From: Candidatus Nomurabacteria bacterium
GTDB taxonomy: Bacteria > Patescibacteriota > Minisyncoccia > Phycocordibacterales > UBA9973
Assembly: GCA_026395915.1 (NCBI GenBank)
Contig: JAPLXU010000015.1
Location: forward strand, 85-64,084
Direction: 5' to 3'
DNA: 64,000 nucleotides
In this document: positions 1 to 8,822 of the stretch, piece by piece
Position numbering within the stretch: position 1 is the stretch's first letter
Layout of the letters: every line of letters starts with the position of its first letter
Program-made: the position numbers and the translations under genes
The notes under the pieces: generated by a model
Seen by the model: only the letters and a program-made list of their open reading frames with translations
What the model was told of the DNA's origin: nothing
The model's database searches: none

Positions 1-19
1 TTTGGGCGGGGGGAATCAA
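1..19. repeat. End of an inverted repeat matching 4117-4137
   Basis: tttgggcggggggaatcaa versus the reverse complement of 4117-4137, tttgggcggggggaaaatcaa. Confidence 0.65.
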
Positions 20-102
20 TCCACAACTTGACTTTATGTTTACACTACACCAAAATTTGCTATAATACAATCAAGGTTGGAAGCATTATTATCAAAAAAA
101 TT

Positions 103-144
103 ATGAACAAAATTTTGGCTCGAATCGAGAGAGAGAGAGAGTAA
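103..144 (+). other. Short leader ORF MNKILARIERERE containing a (GA)7G tract
   Basis: ATG at 103, (GA)7G at 127-141, TAA at 142-144; TATAAT at 61-66. Confidence 0.5.
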
Positions 145-193
145 ACGAGACTCGCCGATTTTTCGTATTTTTAACTTTTCCACTTAAATTATG

Positions 194-218
194 ACACCGT
201 TTTTGACGGTGTTTTTTT
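194..218 (+). terminator. Intrinsic terminator-like hairpin in the leader
   Basis: acaccgt/acggtgt stem followed by a T-run. Confidence 0.6.
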
Positions 219-244
219 GTATTTATTATTAACTTATCAAAATT

Positions 245-577
245 ATGTGGGAACAATTTTATTTTTCAATTTTAATCGCTGGATTTGGCGGAGGAATGGT
301 CAGGGCTTTGGTTGGATTTTTTAAACAATTTTCTTACAAAACTCCAAAATTTGAAACTTTGTATTTTTTCGTTATGGTTTTTATTTCAGGCATTATCGGT
401 CTTTTAACCGCAGTTGCCACAAAAGAGCTCGGATTAAACTTTTTTGGGCTAGGTGAATTTACTCCAGCACTGGCTTTTATTGTTGGTTATGCTGGCGGTG
501 ATTTTTTAGAAAGTGTTTACAAAATTGTGCTGAAAAAAACTTCAATTTTTGAGGTTCCAACAGTGGTGAATAAATAA
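245..577 (+). CDS. Small membrane protein (about 3 TM segments)
   Basis: Hydrophobic, Gly-rich ORF of 110 aa. Confidence 0.75.
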   Translation: MWEQFYFSILIAGFGGGMVRALVGFFKQFSYKTPKFETLYFFVMVFISGIIGLLTAVATKELGLNFFGLGEFTPALAFIVGYAGGDFLESVYKIVLKKTSIFEVPTVVNK

Positions 578-582
578 AACTT

Positions 583-3500
583 ATGTGGAAATTTAGCAAA
601 GTTAAAAATAAATATCAAAAAGCGGTATCTGTTAGCATTTCTGTTCTTTTAATACTTCAATTCATCTTACCGACACAAGTTCTGGCCGCAACAAAAAGTT
701 GGGATTTTTCAACATCTTCGGATTACACTTTTAATAATACAAAAATAGAATTTTCTTCGGGGCAAGCCCAACTTAAAGCGACGAGTGCTCCGGTTGCTTG
801 GTATAACACAGCTTGGGGAAGAAGAAAAGCAGTTACAATTGATAATACAGGAAATTCAAACATATTAACAAATTATCAAGTTCAAATTTCAGTTACCTAT
901 GATTCCGACATGCAGGCTGATTTTGACGACATTAGATTTACTGATAGCGACGGCACGACATTGATTGATTACTGGTTAGAGATTAAAACTGATTCATCAT
1001 CAGCTACTTTTTGGGTAGAAGTTCCTATCATTTCTGCTTCTTCAAATAAAATTATTTATATGTATTATGGCAACTCAAGCGTCAGCAGTACTTCAAGCGG
1101 AGATAATACCTTTCCATTTTTTGATGACTTCACTGGTGATGGTGAAGAAAGCTTCTACGACATGGTTCGGATAGATCAAAAAAATATTCTCACAAACGGA
1201 AGATTTTTTTCTAATTTACTATTTGACAAAGACGGACATATTGTAATTGATGAAAGTAATAAAACTTGGTTGTATTACCACTATCCTCAAAGTGGTCCGT
1301 GGACAACTTATGCAGTACAGATAGATGTTGATACTTTAACTGTTGATGAAACTAGCTATCAAGTAAAAACAAATGACGCAGATGGTGGAACTTGGGCCAA
1401 TTCTCATTTAGTTGTCAAGATTAGCGATTCGCTTTATGTTATGTTTTATACCGCCCAGCCTAGTGGTAATACAGTAATCAGAGTAGCAACATCCACTACT
1501 CCCAACGGAAATTTTAATCAAGTTAGTGGATTTCAAATTACGGCTCAAGGAGGTTGGGAAAGCACTAGTTTGGAAACTGATGAAATGTGGCGTAAGATTT
1601 CTGAAGATGATACCAATATATTCGGTTGGATTGGAATAGAACATATGGGAGGCACATATAGAATTGGCTGGGCCAAAGTTCAAATAAATAAAAACACCGG
1701 GGATGTAACCCTGATTGAAAGATATGAAAACAACCCCCTTGATAGCCTTATGTTTGCAGGAGATGAATTGGCTTATGGAGGAGGAAATATTGACAGTGAT
1801 TTCATGGTCGATGGCAAATATGTAATGTTTTATCTTAGTCGAGATTCAGCTGATGGCATTGATTATATTACCCGAGCTATTAGTAGCAATCCAATGTTTG
1901 ACACCATTGACGAGAAAGAAAAAATAGAAAACGGAGAAACTTTAGGTGAAACCGTAGTAGAAAAATTTCAGTACTATGTTAGGAATGGTACATTATTTTT
2001 ATTTTATCAGAATAATGCCCCGACAGGAGGAGTAAGTGTCCGCAAATATGGTCCCGACCAAGGTGGACCCAGCACAATTAAATGGGATATTGGTTCTGGT
2101 GTTACTGCCACCACTTCTAATGGTATAGTACACATACAAGGAACTACTTCAGGTAGTACTCAAAATTATATTAAATCAAAAACATATACAGCAGGCTACA
2201 ATAAGGCAGTTAGATACAGAATGAAATCATCCTCTACAAGCAGAAAATCTGAAACGGGGTTTTTAGATTCTTCTCAAAGCAACGATGGTGTAGATTCCAT
2301 GGTGTGGAGCGACAGCAAAGAATATTTGCATTGCGAAGTAGGCGGGAGTGCAACAGAAGCCAACTATACTTATGATACTGACTGGCACACAAAAGAACTA
2401 CAAAGGCTCCAATCTTCCGCAAAGTTAATCGTCGATAATATTGAAAAGGCTTCGGTATCTTCAAACTGTTCAACGGCAGATTTCCATATTTTTTTAGCGG
2501 GGATGAAAGGCACAAGTGGATACAATTATGATGTTATGTTTGATTGGATTTTTACCCGCGAATACACTTCCCCAGAACCATCAATATCCATTGGCTCAGA
2601 AGTTACACTTTATGATACTGGCAGTCCTGCGGTGAATCCAAAATCTTCTGTTGCTCAAACTTTTACATCGCTCTCGGCTTTTTCTGAAACTGCAACGAAA
2701 AATGGTGGTCAAATAAAATATCAAATTTCTAACGATTCGGGAACAACTTGGTATTGGTATAATTCTGGTTGGACTACAGCTACTTCAGGATATGCAGAAA
2801 CGAATACAGCGATAGATATTAACTTAAATATTCCCACCTTCCCGGTTGGAAGTGGCCTGTTCTTATTCAAAGCATTTTTACATTCCGATGGTTCGCAATT
2901 AGTACAATTAGATAGTATTGATATTGCCGGCGTTCCGCTCGCGCCGACTATTGGCACTCCCACAGTTCTATCGTCTAGTTCTATTCGTTGGAATTTTACC
3001 GACAACTCCGACGACGAAACCGGTTTTCGCATTTACGACAATACGGATACATTAGCGACTTCATCAGCCACAACAGGTCTTTCTTATCTTGACGAAACGG
3101 GTTTATCGGAAAATACCCAATATTCCGGCAGATATGCTACGACTTACAATGGCTATGGAAATTCTGCCTCGTCTTCAGCCGCTTCTGCAAAATATACTTT
3201 AGCAGATACTCCAACCAATCTCTCGGCTTCTTCAAATTCAAATAGCGTTACTCTGTCAGTAGATAGTATTCCAAACGCTACAAGTGGTTCATCGGGATAT
3301 TATTTCTCCCGCTCCGGTGGCGGAAATTCCGGTTGGATACAAACTAATTCATGGACAGATACTGGATTGTCTTGCGGCCATTCATACGACTACTCCGTAA
3401 TATACCGAAACGGTGACGGAACAGAAACTAGTTCAATTTCTACTACAAAATCAACAAGCGGGTGCGGTGGCGGAGGAATGCCAGCAGGCTGGAGTAATTT

Positions 3501-4110
3501 GCCAATAATACCGGCAGGTGGGTTTAAAGTTTCTGTAAATTCTGGTGTAAGCACAACCACGAACAGAATTATAAATCTAAATTTCAACGCCAGTTCCGAT
3601 GTTAAGAAAATGGCGATATCTCTGACTGGTGATTTTAACGATGCCAGCCAAGAAAATTACAGCGCAACCAAGCAAATTGATCTATGTTCAAAATTTGGCG
3701 TGATAAAAAATCCAACTTGTCCTGACGGACAATATACGGTTTATATAAAATTCTATACGCAATTCGGTGTGTCTTCCAATGTTGTTACTACAAAAATTAA
3801 TCTATCAACAAATCCAGCAAAAAATCCTTTGCCTGCTTTGCCCAATTTAACATCTGCAATTTTTACAAAACCACTCTCATTTGGAATGTCGTCAAACGAT
3901 GTTCGCAGATTGCAAACATTGCTTGCGACAAAACCTGGAATTTATCCCGAGGGAATAATTACCGGATATTTTGGACAACTCACGAAAAAAGCTGTGCAAA
4001 AATTTCAACTAAATTACAAAGTCGTTAGTTCAAAAAACGATCCGGGTTTTGGTTTTGTCGGACCAAAGACAAGAGCAAAATTGCAAGAAATTTTTGGAAA
4101 TAACTTTTAA
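583..4110 (+). CDS. Large secreted surface protein: DUF2341-like domain, beta-propeller-like insert, FN3-like repeats, C-terminal peptidoglycan-binding domain
   Basis: Signal peptide; DFDDIRFTDSDG...FWVEVP...IYMYYGN (DUF2341-like); DVRRLQ...TGYFGQLTKKAVQKFQ...GFVGPKTRAKL (PG_binding_1-like). Confidence 0.85.
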   Translation: MWKFSKVKNKYQKAVSVSISVLLILQFILPTQVLAATKSWDFSTSSDYTFNNTKIEFSSGQAQLKATSAPVAWYNTAWGRRKAVTIDNTGNSNILTNYQVQISVTYDSDMQADFDDIRFTDSDGTTLIDYWLEIKTDSSSATFWVEVPIISASSNKIIYMYYGNSSVSSTSSGDNTFPFFDDFTGDGEESFYDMVRIDQKNILTNGRFFSNLLFDKDGHIVIDESNKTWLYYHYPQSGPWTTYAVQIDVDTLTVDETSYQVKTNDADGGTWANSHLVVKISDSLYVMFYTAQPSGNTVIRVATSTTPNGNFNQVSGFQITAQGGWESTSLETDEMWRKISEDDTNIFGWIGIEHMGGTYRIGWAKVQINKNTGDVTLIERYENNPLDSLMFAGDELAYGGGNIDSDFMVDGKYVMFYLSRDSADGIDYITRAISSNPMFDTIDEKEKIENGETLGETVVEKFQYYVRNGTLFLFYQNNAPTGGVSVRKYGPDQGGPSTIKWDIGSGVTATTSNGIVHIQGTTSGSTQNYIKSKTYTAGYNKAVRYRMKSSSTSRKSETGFLDSSQSNDGVDSMVWSDSKEYLHCEVGGSATEANYTYDTDWHTKELQRLQSSAKLIVDNIEKASVSSNCSTADFHIFLAGMKGTSGYNYDVMFDWIFTREYTSPEPSISIGSEVTLYDTGSPAVNPKSSVAQTFTSLSAFSETATKNGGQIKYQISNDSGTTWYWYNSGWTTATSGYAETNTAIDINLNIPTFPVGSGLFLFKAFLHSDGSQLVQLDSIDIAGVPLAPTIGTPTVLSSSSIRWNFTDNSDDETGFRIYDNTDTLATSSATTGLSYLDETGLSENTQYSGRYATTYNGYGNSASSSAASAKYTLADTPTNLSASSNSNSVTLSVDSIPNATSGSSGYYFSRSGGGNSGWIQTNSWTDTGLSCGHSYDYSVIYRNGDGTETSSISTTKSTSGCGGGGMPAGWSNLPIIPAGGFKVSVNSGVSTTTNRIINLNFNASSDVKKMAISLTGDFNDASQENYSATKQIDLCSKFGVIKNPTCPDGQYTVYIKFYTQFGVSSNVVTTKINLSTNPAKNPLPALPNLTSAIFTKPLSFGMSSNDVRRLQTLLATKPGIYPEGIITGYFGQLTKKAVQKFQLNYKVVSSKNDPGFGFVGPKTRAKLQEIFGNNF

Positions 4111-4116
4111 TTTTTC

Positions 4117-4480
4117 TTGATTTTCCCCCCGCCCAAATAACAGCGGAGCAAGCGGAGGATTCCTCCCCAGACCCCTCCTCCTCCGCTTGCGACTTCCGAA
4201 TTCAAAAAAGAATCAGCCGAAGTTTTAGCAAATCCTTTCCCCAGAAAATAGTTTTGCCAAAACTTCGTCCGCATTGAAGCCCCGCCACCTGCCCGAAGCA
4301 TTGAGGGCAGAGTCCTGCAGAAAAATGTTCTCGTCCTTTTAGAAGAAAAAAATTCGGCGCACGCAAAATCAAAAAAAGTGGAGAACATTTTTCTGCGGGA
4401 TACGCGAGCGAAGCGAGCGGTGGCGGGGCGTTCTCCGAGCGTATGATTTAGGTCAGAGCCACCACGCGCTCCGCGCGCGG
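4117..4480. other. GC-rich, highly structured non-coding segment of the element
   Basis: Perfect stems 4148-4159/4179-4190, 4279-4289/4419-4429 and 4317-4332/4381-4396 (the last two nested). Confidence 0.7.
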
Positions 4481-4532
4481 TACATCAGTCGGGATTCTGC
4501 TGGAAATATGTCCGAACTTTTTGGTATAATGA

Positions 4533-4665
4533 CCACAATTCCGAATTTGAAGAAAGATTGACCTCGCCCGCGCCAAAGGCGCGGGCTCGGACTCTCGTTT
4601 CCGCCAAGCCCCGCCAAGGCATTTTGAATTCCGCCAAAAACATTCCCGCCGCAAGGCGGCGGTTC
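4533..4665 (-). repeat. Inverted copy of the recombinase 3' region (6151-6283), continuing into an alternative C-terminus SLYQKVRTYFQQNPD (stop at 4485)
   Basis: 133 bp with 5 mismatches by eye; 4533-4639 is identical. ORF 4485..4697(-) matches the recombinase C-terminus. Confidence 0.95.
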
Positions 4666-4771
4666 ACCAAATGAAATTTGGTATGTGCCACAGGCACATG
4701 AGCCGATGTATAATGAGATTACAAATTGTCGATGTAATGCAAAACCTTTTATCAATTTAATTCCCGAAGCT

Positions 4772-6325
4772 ATGATCAAATATTTTATTTATTGTCGCAA
4801 ATCAAGCGAGGACGAAGAACGCCAAGTTTTGAGTATTGAAGCACAATTGACGGAGCTTCGGGAATTCGCCAAGCAACAAAATCTGTTCGTAGTGAAAGAA
4901 TTTTATGAAAGTAAAACAGCGAAAGAGCCGGGGCGAGAGATTTTCAACGAAATGCTTGGCGAAATTGAAAAAGGTGTTGCCTCGGGTATTTTAGCGTGGA
5001 ATCCAGACCGTTTGGCGAGAAACTCGATTGACGGTGGCAAGGTTATTTATTTTGTAGACACCTTAAAAATTGTTGCGCTAAAATTTCCGACATTTTGGTT
5101 CGAAGCGACACCTCAAGGAAAATTTATGTTGAGTGTCGCTTTCGGACAAGCAAAATATTACACCGACAATTTAAGAGAAAACATTTTGCGTGGTATTCGG
5201 CAGAAAATCCGCCGTGGTGAATTATCGGCAAAAGCCCCTCTCGGATATTTTAACGAACCTCGTTTGCGAACGATTGAGCCAGACAAGAAAACTTTTAGCA
5301 AAGTAAAGGAATGTTTGGGGGCTTTTGCTACTGGACAATATACGCTCACAGCAATTCAACGCAAAATGTTTTCTCTCGGCTTGGTTGGCTCCCGAAGCGG
5401 TAAGCCGCTCGTCCTCGCCTCGGTAGAGCATATTTTGAAAAATCCTTTTTACTACGGACATTTCCAATACCGAGGCGAGGTGCATCAAGGTTCGCATAAG
5501 CCAATGATTTCAAAGAAACTTTTTGACAAAATCCAAGAGGCACTTGTCGTGAATGGGAAGCCCCGCAAAAAGCGTGGAGAAAAAGGTTTGCTATACAAAG
5601 GGTTCGCGGTATGCGGCGAGTGCGGCTATGCGATAACTGCCGAGCGTAAAATCAAGAAAAGTGGGTTGGTGTATCACTACTACCACTGTACTTTCAAAAG
5701 CCGCACTCAAAAATGTTCGCAAACTAGCTTTTTGCGGGAAGAAGAATTGACGCGACAAGTGAAAGACATGGTTCAAAAAGTTTCTTTGCCTGATGAGTGG
5801 CGGGACGCATATCTCAAAAAACTTGAGAGCGAAAACGCCGATGTCCGCCACTCATCAGACCTTTTCGTTCAAAATCTCAAAACCGATATTTCCGCCGTTT
5901 CAGCGCGTCTCTCTCGCCTCACAGACGCGTATCTAAACGAGGCACTGGAGCTCGGCGATTACTTGGAGCGCAAGAACGCGCTGATGGCGGAAAAGAAGTT
6001 GCTGGAGGAAAAATTGGGTGATTTTGAGCGAAAAGGAAATCATTGGCTCGAACTCATGCGAAACTGGATTTTAGAAGCCAACCAAGTCGGAAATCTCATT
6101 AAACAAGAAAATCTTTTGGGGATGAAAGATTTTCTTGCAGACATCGGCTCGAACCGCCGCATAGCGGCTGGAATTCTTTTGGCGGAATTCAAAATGCCTT
6201 GGCGGGGCTTGGCGGAAACGAGAGTCCGAGCCCGCGCCTTTGGCGCGGGCGAGGTCAATCTTTCTTCAAATTCGGAATTGTGGACCCAAGCGGGCTCGAA
6301 CCGCTTACCTCCTCATTGCAAATGA
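4772..6325 (+). CDS. Large serine recombinase (resolvase, recombinase, zinc-ribbon and coiled-coil domains)
   Basis: YCRKSSE catalytic motif, DRLARN, CGECG...YYHC zinc ribbon; probable start at MIKYF (4772). Confidence 0.95.
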   Translation: MIKYFIYCRKSSEDEERQVLSIEAQLTELREFAKQQNLFVVKEFYESKTAKEPGREIFNEMLGEIEKGVASGILAWNPDRLARNSIDGGKVIYFVDTLKIVALKFPTFWFEATPQGKFMLSVAFGQAKYYTDNLRENILRGIRQKIRRGELSAKAPLGYFNEPRLRTIEPDKKTFSKVKECLGAFATGQYTLTAIQRKMFSLGLVGSRSGKPLVLASVEHILKNPFYYGHFQYRGEVHQGSHKPMISKKLFDKIQEALVVNGKPRKKRGEKGLLYKGFAVCGECGYAITAERKIKKSGLVYHYYHCTFKSRTQKCSQTSFLREEELTRQVKDMVQKVSLPDEWRDAYLKKLESENADVRHSSDLFVQNLKTDISAVSARLSRLTDAYLNEALELGDYLERKNALMAEKKLLEEKLGDFERKGNHWLELMRNWILEANQVGNLIKQENLLGMKDFLADIGSNRRIAAGILLAEFKMPWRGLAETRVRARAFGAGEVNLSSNSELWTQAGSNRLPPHCK

Positions 6326-6353
6326 GGCGCTCTACCAGATGAGCTATGGGCCC
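6281..6353 (-). tRNA. tRNA-Ala(TGC)
   Basis: GGGCCCATAGCTC...TTGCAA...GGTTCGAGCCC...GGGTCCA cloverleaf; CCA not encoded. Confidence 0.95.
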
Positions 6354-6373
6354 TCTATTATAAAAACAGGGGG

Positions 6374-6445
6374 CTCCGGGGGTAGGGATCGAACCTACGA
6401 CCAATCGCTTAACAGGCGACCGCTCTACCGCTGAGCTACCCCGGA
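6374..6445 (-). tRNA. tRNA-Asn(GTT)
   Basis: TCCGGGGTAGCTCAG...CTGTTAA...GGTTCGATCCC...CCCCGGAG cloverleaf. Confidence 0.95.
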
Positions 6446-6468
6446 ATATTGTATATATACACCCAGAA

Positions 6469-6590
6469 GTAGCTCAGCGGACACCGCTGGTCACAAGTAT
6501 TTTTTTGCTAAAAAATCTCGCGACCCCGACTCGGCACCATTGTGCCTCCGTCTTTGAAATGCTATGAATGCATTTCAACTACCCCGGAAT
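6469..6590 (-). repeat. Multi-hairpin REP-like element with duplicated tRNA-Asn 5' fragments
   Basis: ctaccccggaat at 6436-6447 and 6579-6590; 6469-6480 is the reverse complement of 6428-6439; several internal hairpins. Confidence 0.7.
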
Positions 6591-6628
6591 GTATTTGAAT
6601 TTAAAGAACTTTAGTTATCTTAACAGAA

Positions 6629-6868
6629 TTGGCAAAAAAAACAAATTTGAATCTTGTTTTTAATTTTATTTTTACGCCGTTACAATTTGGTTTGAAGAGT
6701 AATCTTTTGTCCGCGATTGATATTTTGTTTGTTCTGGGAACTATCATTTGGGCGATGATTGCCATATATCCTCATGCAAGGTGGATTACTTATATTCAGA
6801 TCCCATATCTGCTTTGGGTTTCTTTTGCCACTGTTTTACAACTCACGATTACATATTTGAATAGATAA
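6629..6868 (+). pseudogene. TspO/MBR family, C-terminal fragment
   Basis: NLVFNFIFTPLQFG...PYLLWVSFATVL; the N-terminal half is missing. Confidence 0.7.
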
Positions 6869-6921
6869 GCGGCGCGCCAAAATCTTTTAGCAATTTTTAT
6901 AAGAAATGTTATACTACCTAC

Positions 6922-7695
6922 ATGTTATACATAATAATAGGGGTTGTTATAGTGTTGCTTTTATTATCATTAAGAGTGGTCAAAGAATATGATCGTGGTG
7001 TTATCTTTTTCCTAGGCAAATGCACAGGAGTGCGTGGTCCGGGGCTTATTGTTTTGATTCCAATTTTAGAAAGAATGACGAAAGTCACCTTGCGCACGAT
7101 TACGATGAATATTCCCTCGCAAAAAATTATTACCAAAGACAACGTGTCGATCGATATCGCAGCAGTCGCGTATTACAACATAGTTGATTCTCAAAAATCC
7201 GTCGTGGCAATCGAGAATGTGTACGATGCAGTCAAGCAGATCAGCCAGACGACAGTGCGAAATGTGGTGGGACGTTTCTCTCTTGATCAGTTACTTTCAC
7301 AAACAAGCGAAATTAATATTCAAATCAAAGACGTCATCGATTCTCATACGGAGCCTTGGGGCGCGCAAGTGACAGCGGTGGAAATCAAAGACATCACTTT
7401 GCCGGACAATATGCAGAGAGCCATGGCGAAAGAAGCCGAAGCCGAGCGCGAGCGTCGCGCCAAGATCGTCGCCGCCGAAGGCGAATTCCAAGCTGCCGAG
7501 AAACTCGGACAAGCCGCCGACCTTATCGCCGCTCATCCTGTCGCTTTACAACTCCGCACGCTCCAGACCATGTCCGAGATTGCTACCGAAAAGAATTCAA
7601 CGATTATCTTCCCAGCCCAATTCATGACTACAGTTCAAGAAGCCTTTGCTACGTTGAGAGGGGACTCAAAAGGGAAACCGAATATTAAAGTTTAG
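6922..7695 (+). CDS. SPFH/band 7 (stomatin-like) protein
   Basis: [36 protein letters not shown]. Confidence 0.95.
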   Translation: MLYIIIGVVIVLLLLSLRVVKEYDRGVIFFLGKCTGVRGPGLIVLIPILERMTKVTLRTITMNIPSQKIITKDNVSIDIAAVAYYNIVDSQKSVVAIENVYDAVKQISQTTVRNVVGRFSLDQLLSQTSEINIQIKDVIDSHTEPWGAQVTAVEIKDITLPDNMQRAMAKEAEAERERRAKIVAAEGEFQAAEKLGQAADLIAAHPVALQLRTLQTMSEIATEKNSTIIFPAQFMTTVQEAFATLRGDSKGKPNIKV

Positions 7696-7702
7696 TATAA
7701 AC

Positions 7703-7867
7703 ATGAATTCAAAATCTCTCATTTGGATTTTTATGGCCATCGGTTCGGCTATCGGCGGTTTCATTCCCACTTTGTGGGGAGCTGGATTTTTGTCTATGTC
7801 CTCCGTGCTATTAACGGCAGTTGGTGGCATACTCGGAATTTGGCTGGGTTATAAATTGAGCAATTAG
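7703..7867 (+). CDS. Small membrane protein (54 aa, not in the ORF track)
   Basis: MNSKSLIWIFMAIGSAIGGFIPTLWGAGFLSMSSVLLTAVGGILGIWLGYKLSN. Confidence 0.7.
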   Translation: MNSKSLIWIFMAIGSAIGGFIPTLWGAGFLSMSSVLLTAVGGILGIWLGYKLSN

Positions 7868-7976
7868 AACCTTTTCACTTTATAACATTGCGTAGACAAT
7901 CCGCTTGGGTGTATAATAACCTTATTAAGTAAAGATGGTGTGGTGGTCGTTTAATAAAAAATATTTTTATAAGCTT

Positions 7977-8801
7977 ATGAAATTACTTTTTAAGAATCCT
8001 GTTGTTATTTTTGCTTCGTTGTATTTGATTGCGATCTTGTGTTGGGATGTGGCGCTATTTCTTAATCCAGATAAATCAACGCTGTTGAACTATTGGTTCA
8101 ATGCAGGTTATGGATTGATCTATCTTGCAGGAGGAATACTCGGCCTCATATACTCGAGACAACTCGGATTCAAAAGTGTTTTCGGCAAGGCTTTTGCGTT
8201 TATTGGAACAGGTCTTGTGTCTTATGCTGTAGCTCAGTTCGTTTGGCTGTTTTACAATGTGTCTTCTAGTGTGGAAATTCCTTATCCGTCTATCGCCGAT
8301 GTTTTCTTTTTGCTATTCTTCCCTCTGATATTCATAGGCTTCATGTTGTTTATAAATACCTTTAAGCAATCTATCACGAAAAAAGTGGCAATCGAGTCTG
8401 TGATTCTCGTGCCGATTGTGTTCATTGTTTCTTTGGCAATTATTTTCAGACCTGATCTGTCTTCTGATTTGTCATTTATGCAAAAGGCCCTAAATATCCT
8501 ATATCCCGTCAGCGATACTTTATTTCTGTGTTTGATTTTGATAGTTCTGCGTGTTTCTGGTGGATACTTGAGAAGTACTATTTTGCTTTTTGTCACAGCC
8601 GGCATAATGCAACTCATTGCAGATTTCCTTTTTACCTATCGTTCTGCTAATGACATATATTGGAACGGCGATGTTTCGGACCTAGCTTTCACGATTGCTT
8701 CTTTCTTGTTCTTGCTCAGCTTTGTGTACTTTATGCAAAAAATGGTGGGAGCGAAACCACAAACGGCAACGGCAACAACGGCGACTGCTTCTGCTGTTTA
8801 G
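7977..8801 (+). CDS. Polytopic membrane protein resembling the membrane region found ahead of GGDEF/kinase domains
   Basis: Multiple TM segments; PYPSIADVFFL and LYPVSD motifs. Confidence 0.7.
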   Translation: MKLLFKNPVVIFASLYLIAILCWDVALFLNPDKSTLLNYWFNAGYGLIYLAGGILGLIYSRQLGFKSVFGKAFAFIGTGLVSYAVAQFVWLFYNVSSSVEIPYPSIADVFFLLFFPLIFIGFMLFINTFKQSITKKVAIESVILVPIVFIVSLAIIFRPDLSSDLSFMQKALNILYPVSDTLFLCLILIVLRVSGGYLRSTILLFVTAGIMQLIADFLFTYRSANDIYWNGDVSDLAFTIASFLFLLSFVYFMQKMVGAKPQTATATTATASAV

Positions 8802-8822
8802 TTTGCTTCTAGGTTTACATTT

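Larger units (their letters stand above)
1..6283. mobile_element. Serine-recombinase integrative element at the 3' end of tRNA-Ala; left end lies upstream of the window
   Basis: The recombinase ORF runs into the tRNA-Ala 3' end at 6281-6283. 1-19 is an inverted match to 4117-4137, and 4533-4665 is an inverted copy of 6151-6283. Confidence 0.7.

Noticed and set aside
4107-4779. Minus-strand ORFs 4107..4388, 4448..4654 and 4453..4779
   Set aside because: Shadow ORFs across the GC-rich repeat and structured region; only the frame matching the recombinase tail is meaningful
4533-6283. DGR template/variable repeat pair
   Set aside because: No reverse transcriptase in the window, the copies are inverted, and the mismatches are not adenine-specific
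6240-6434. 64-aa ORF
   Set aside because: Antisense to two tRNAs
8760-8795. acggca microsatellite at a gene end
   Set aside because: Short, in-frame, low-complexity Thr/Ala tail
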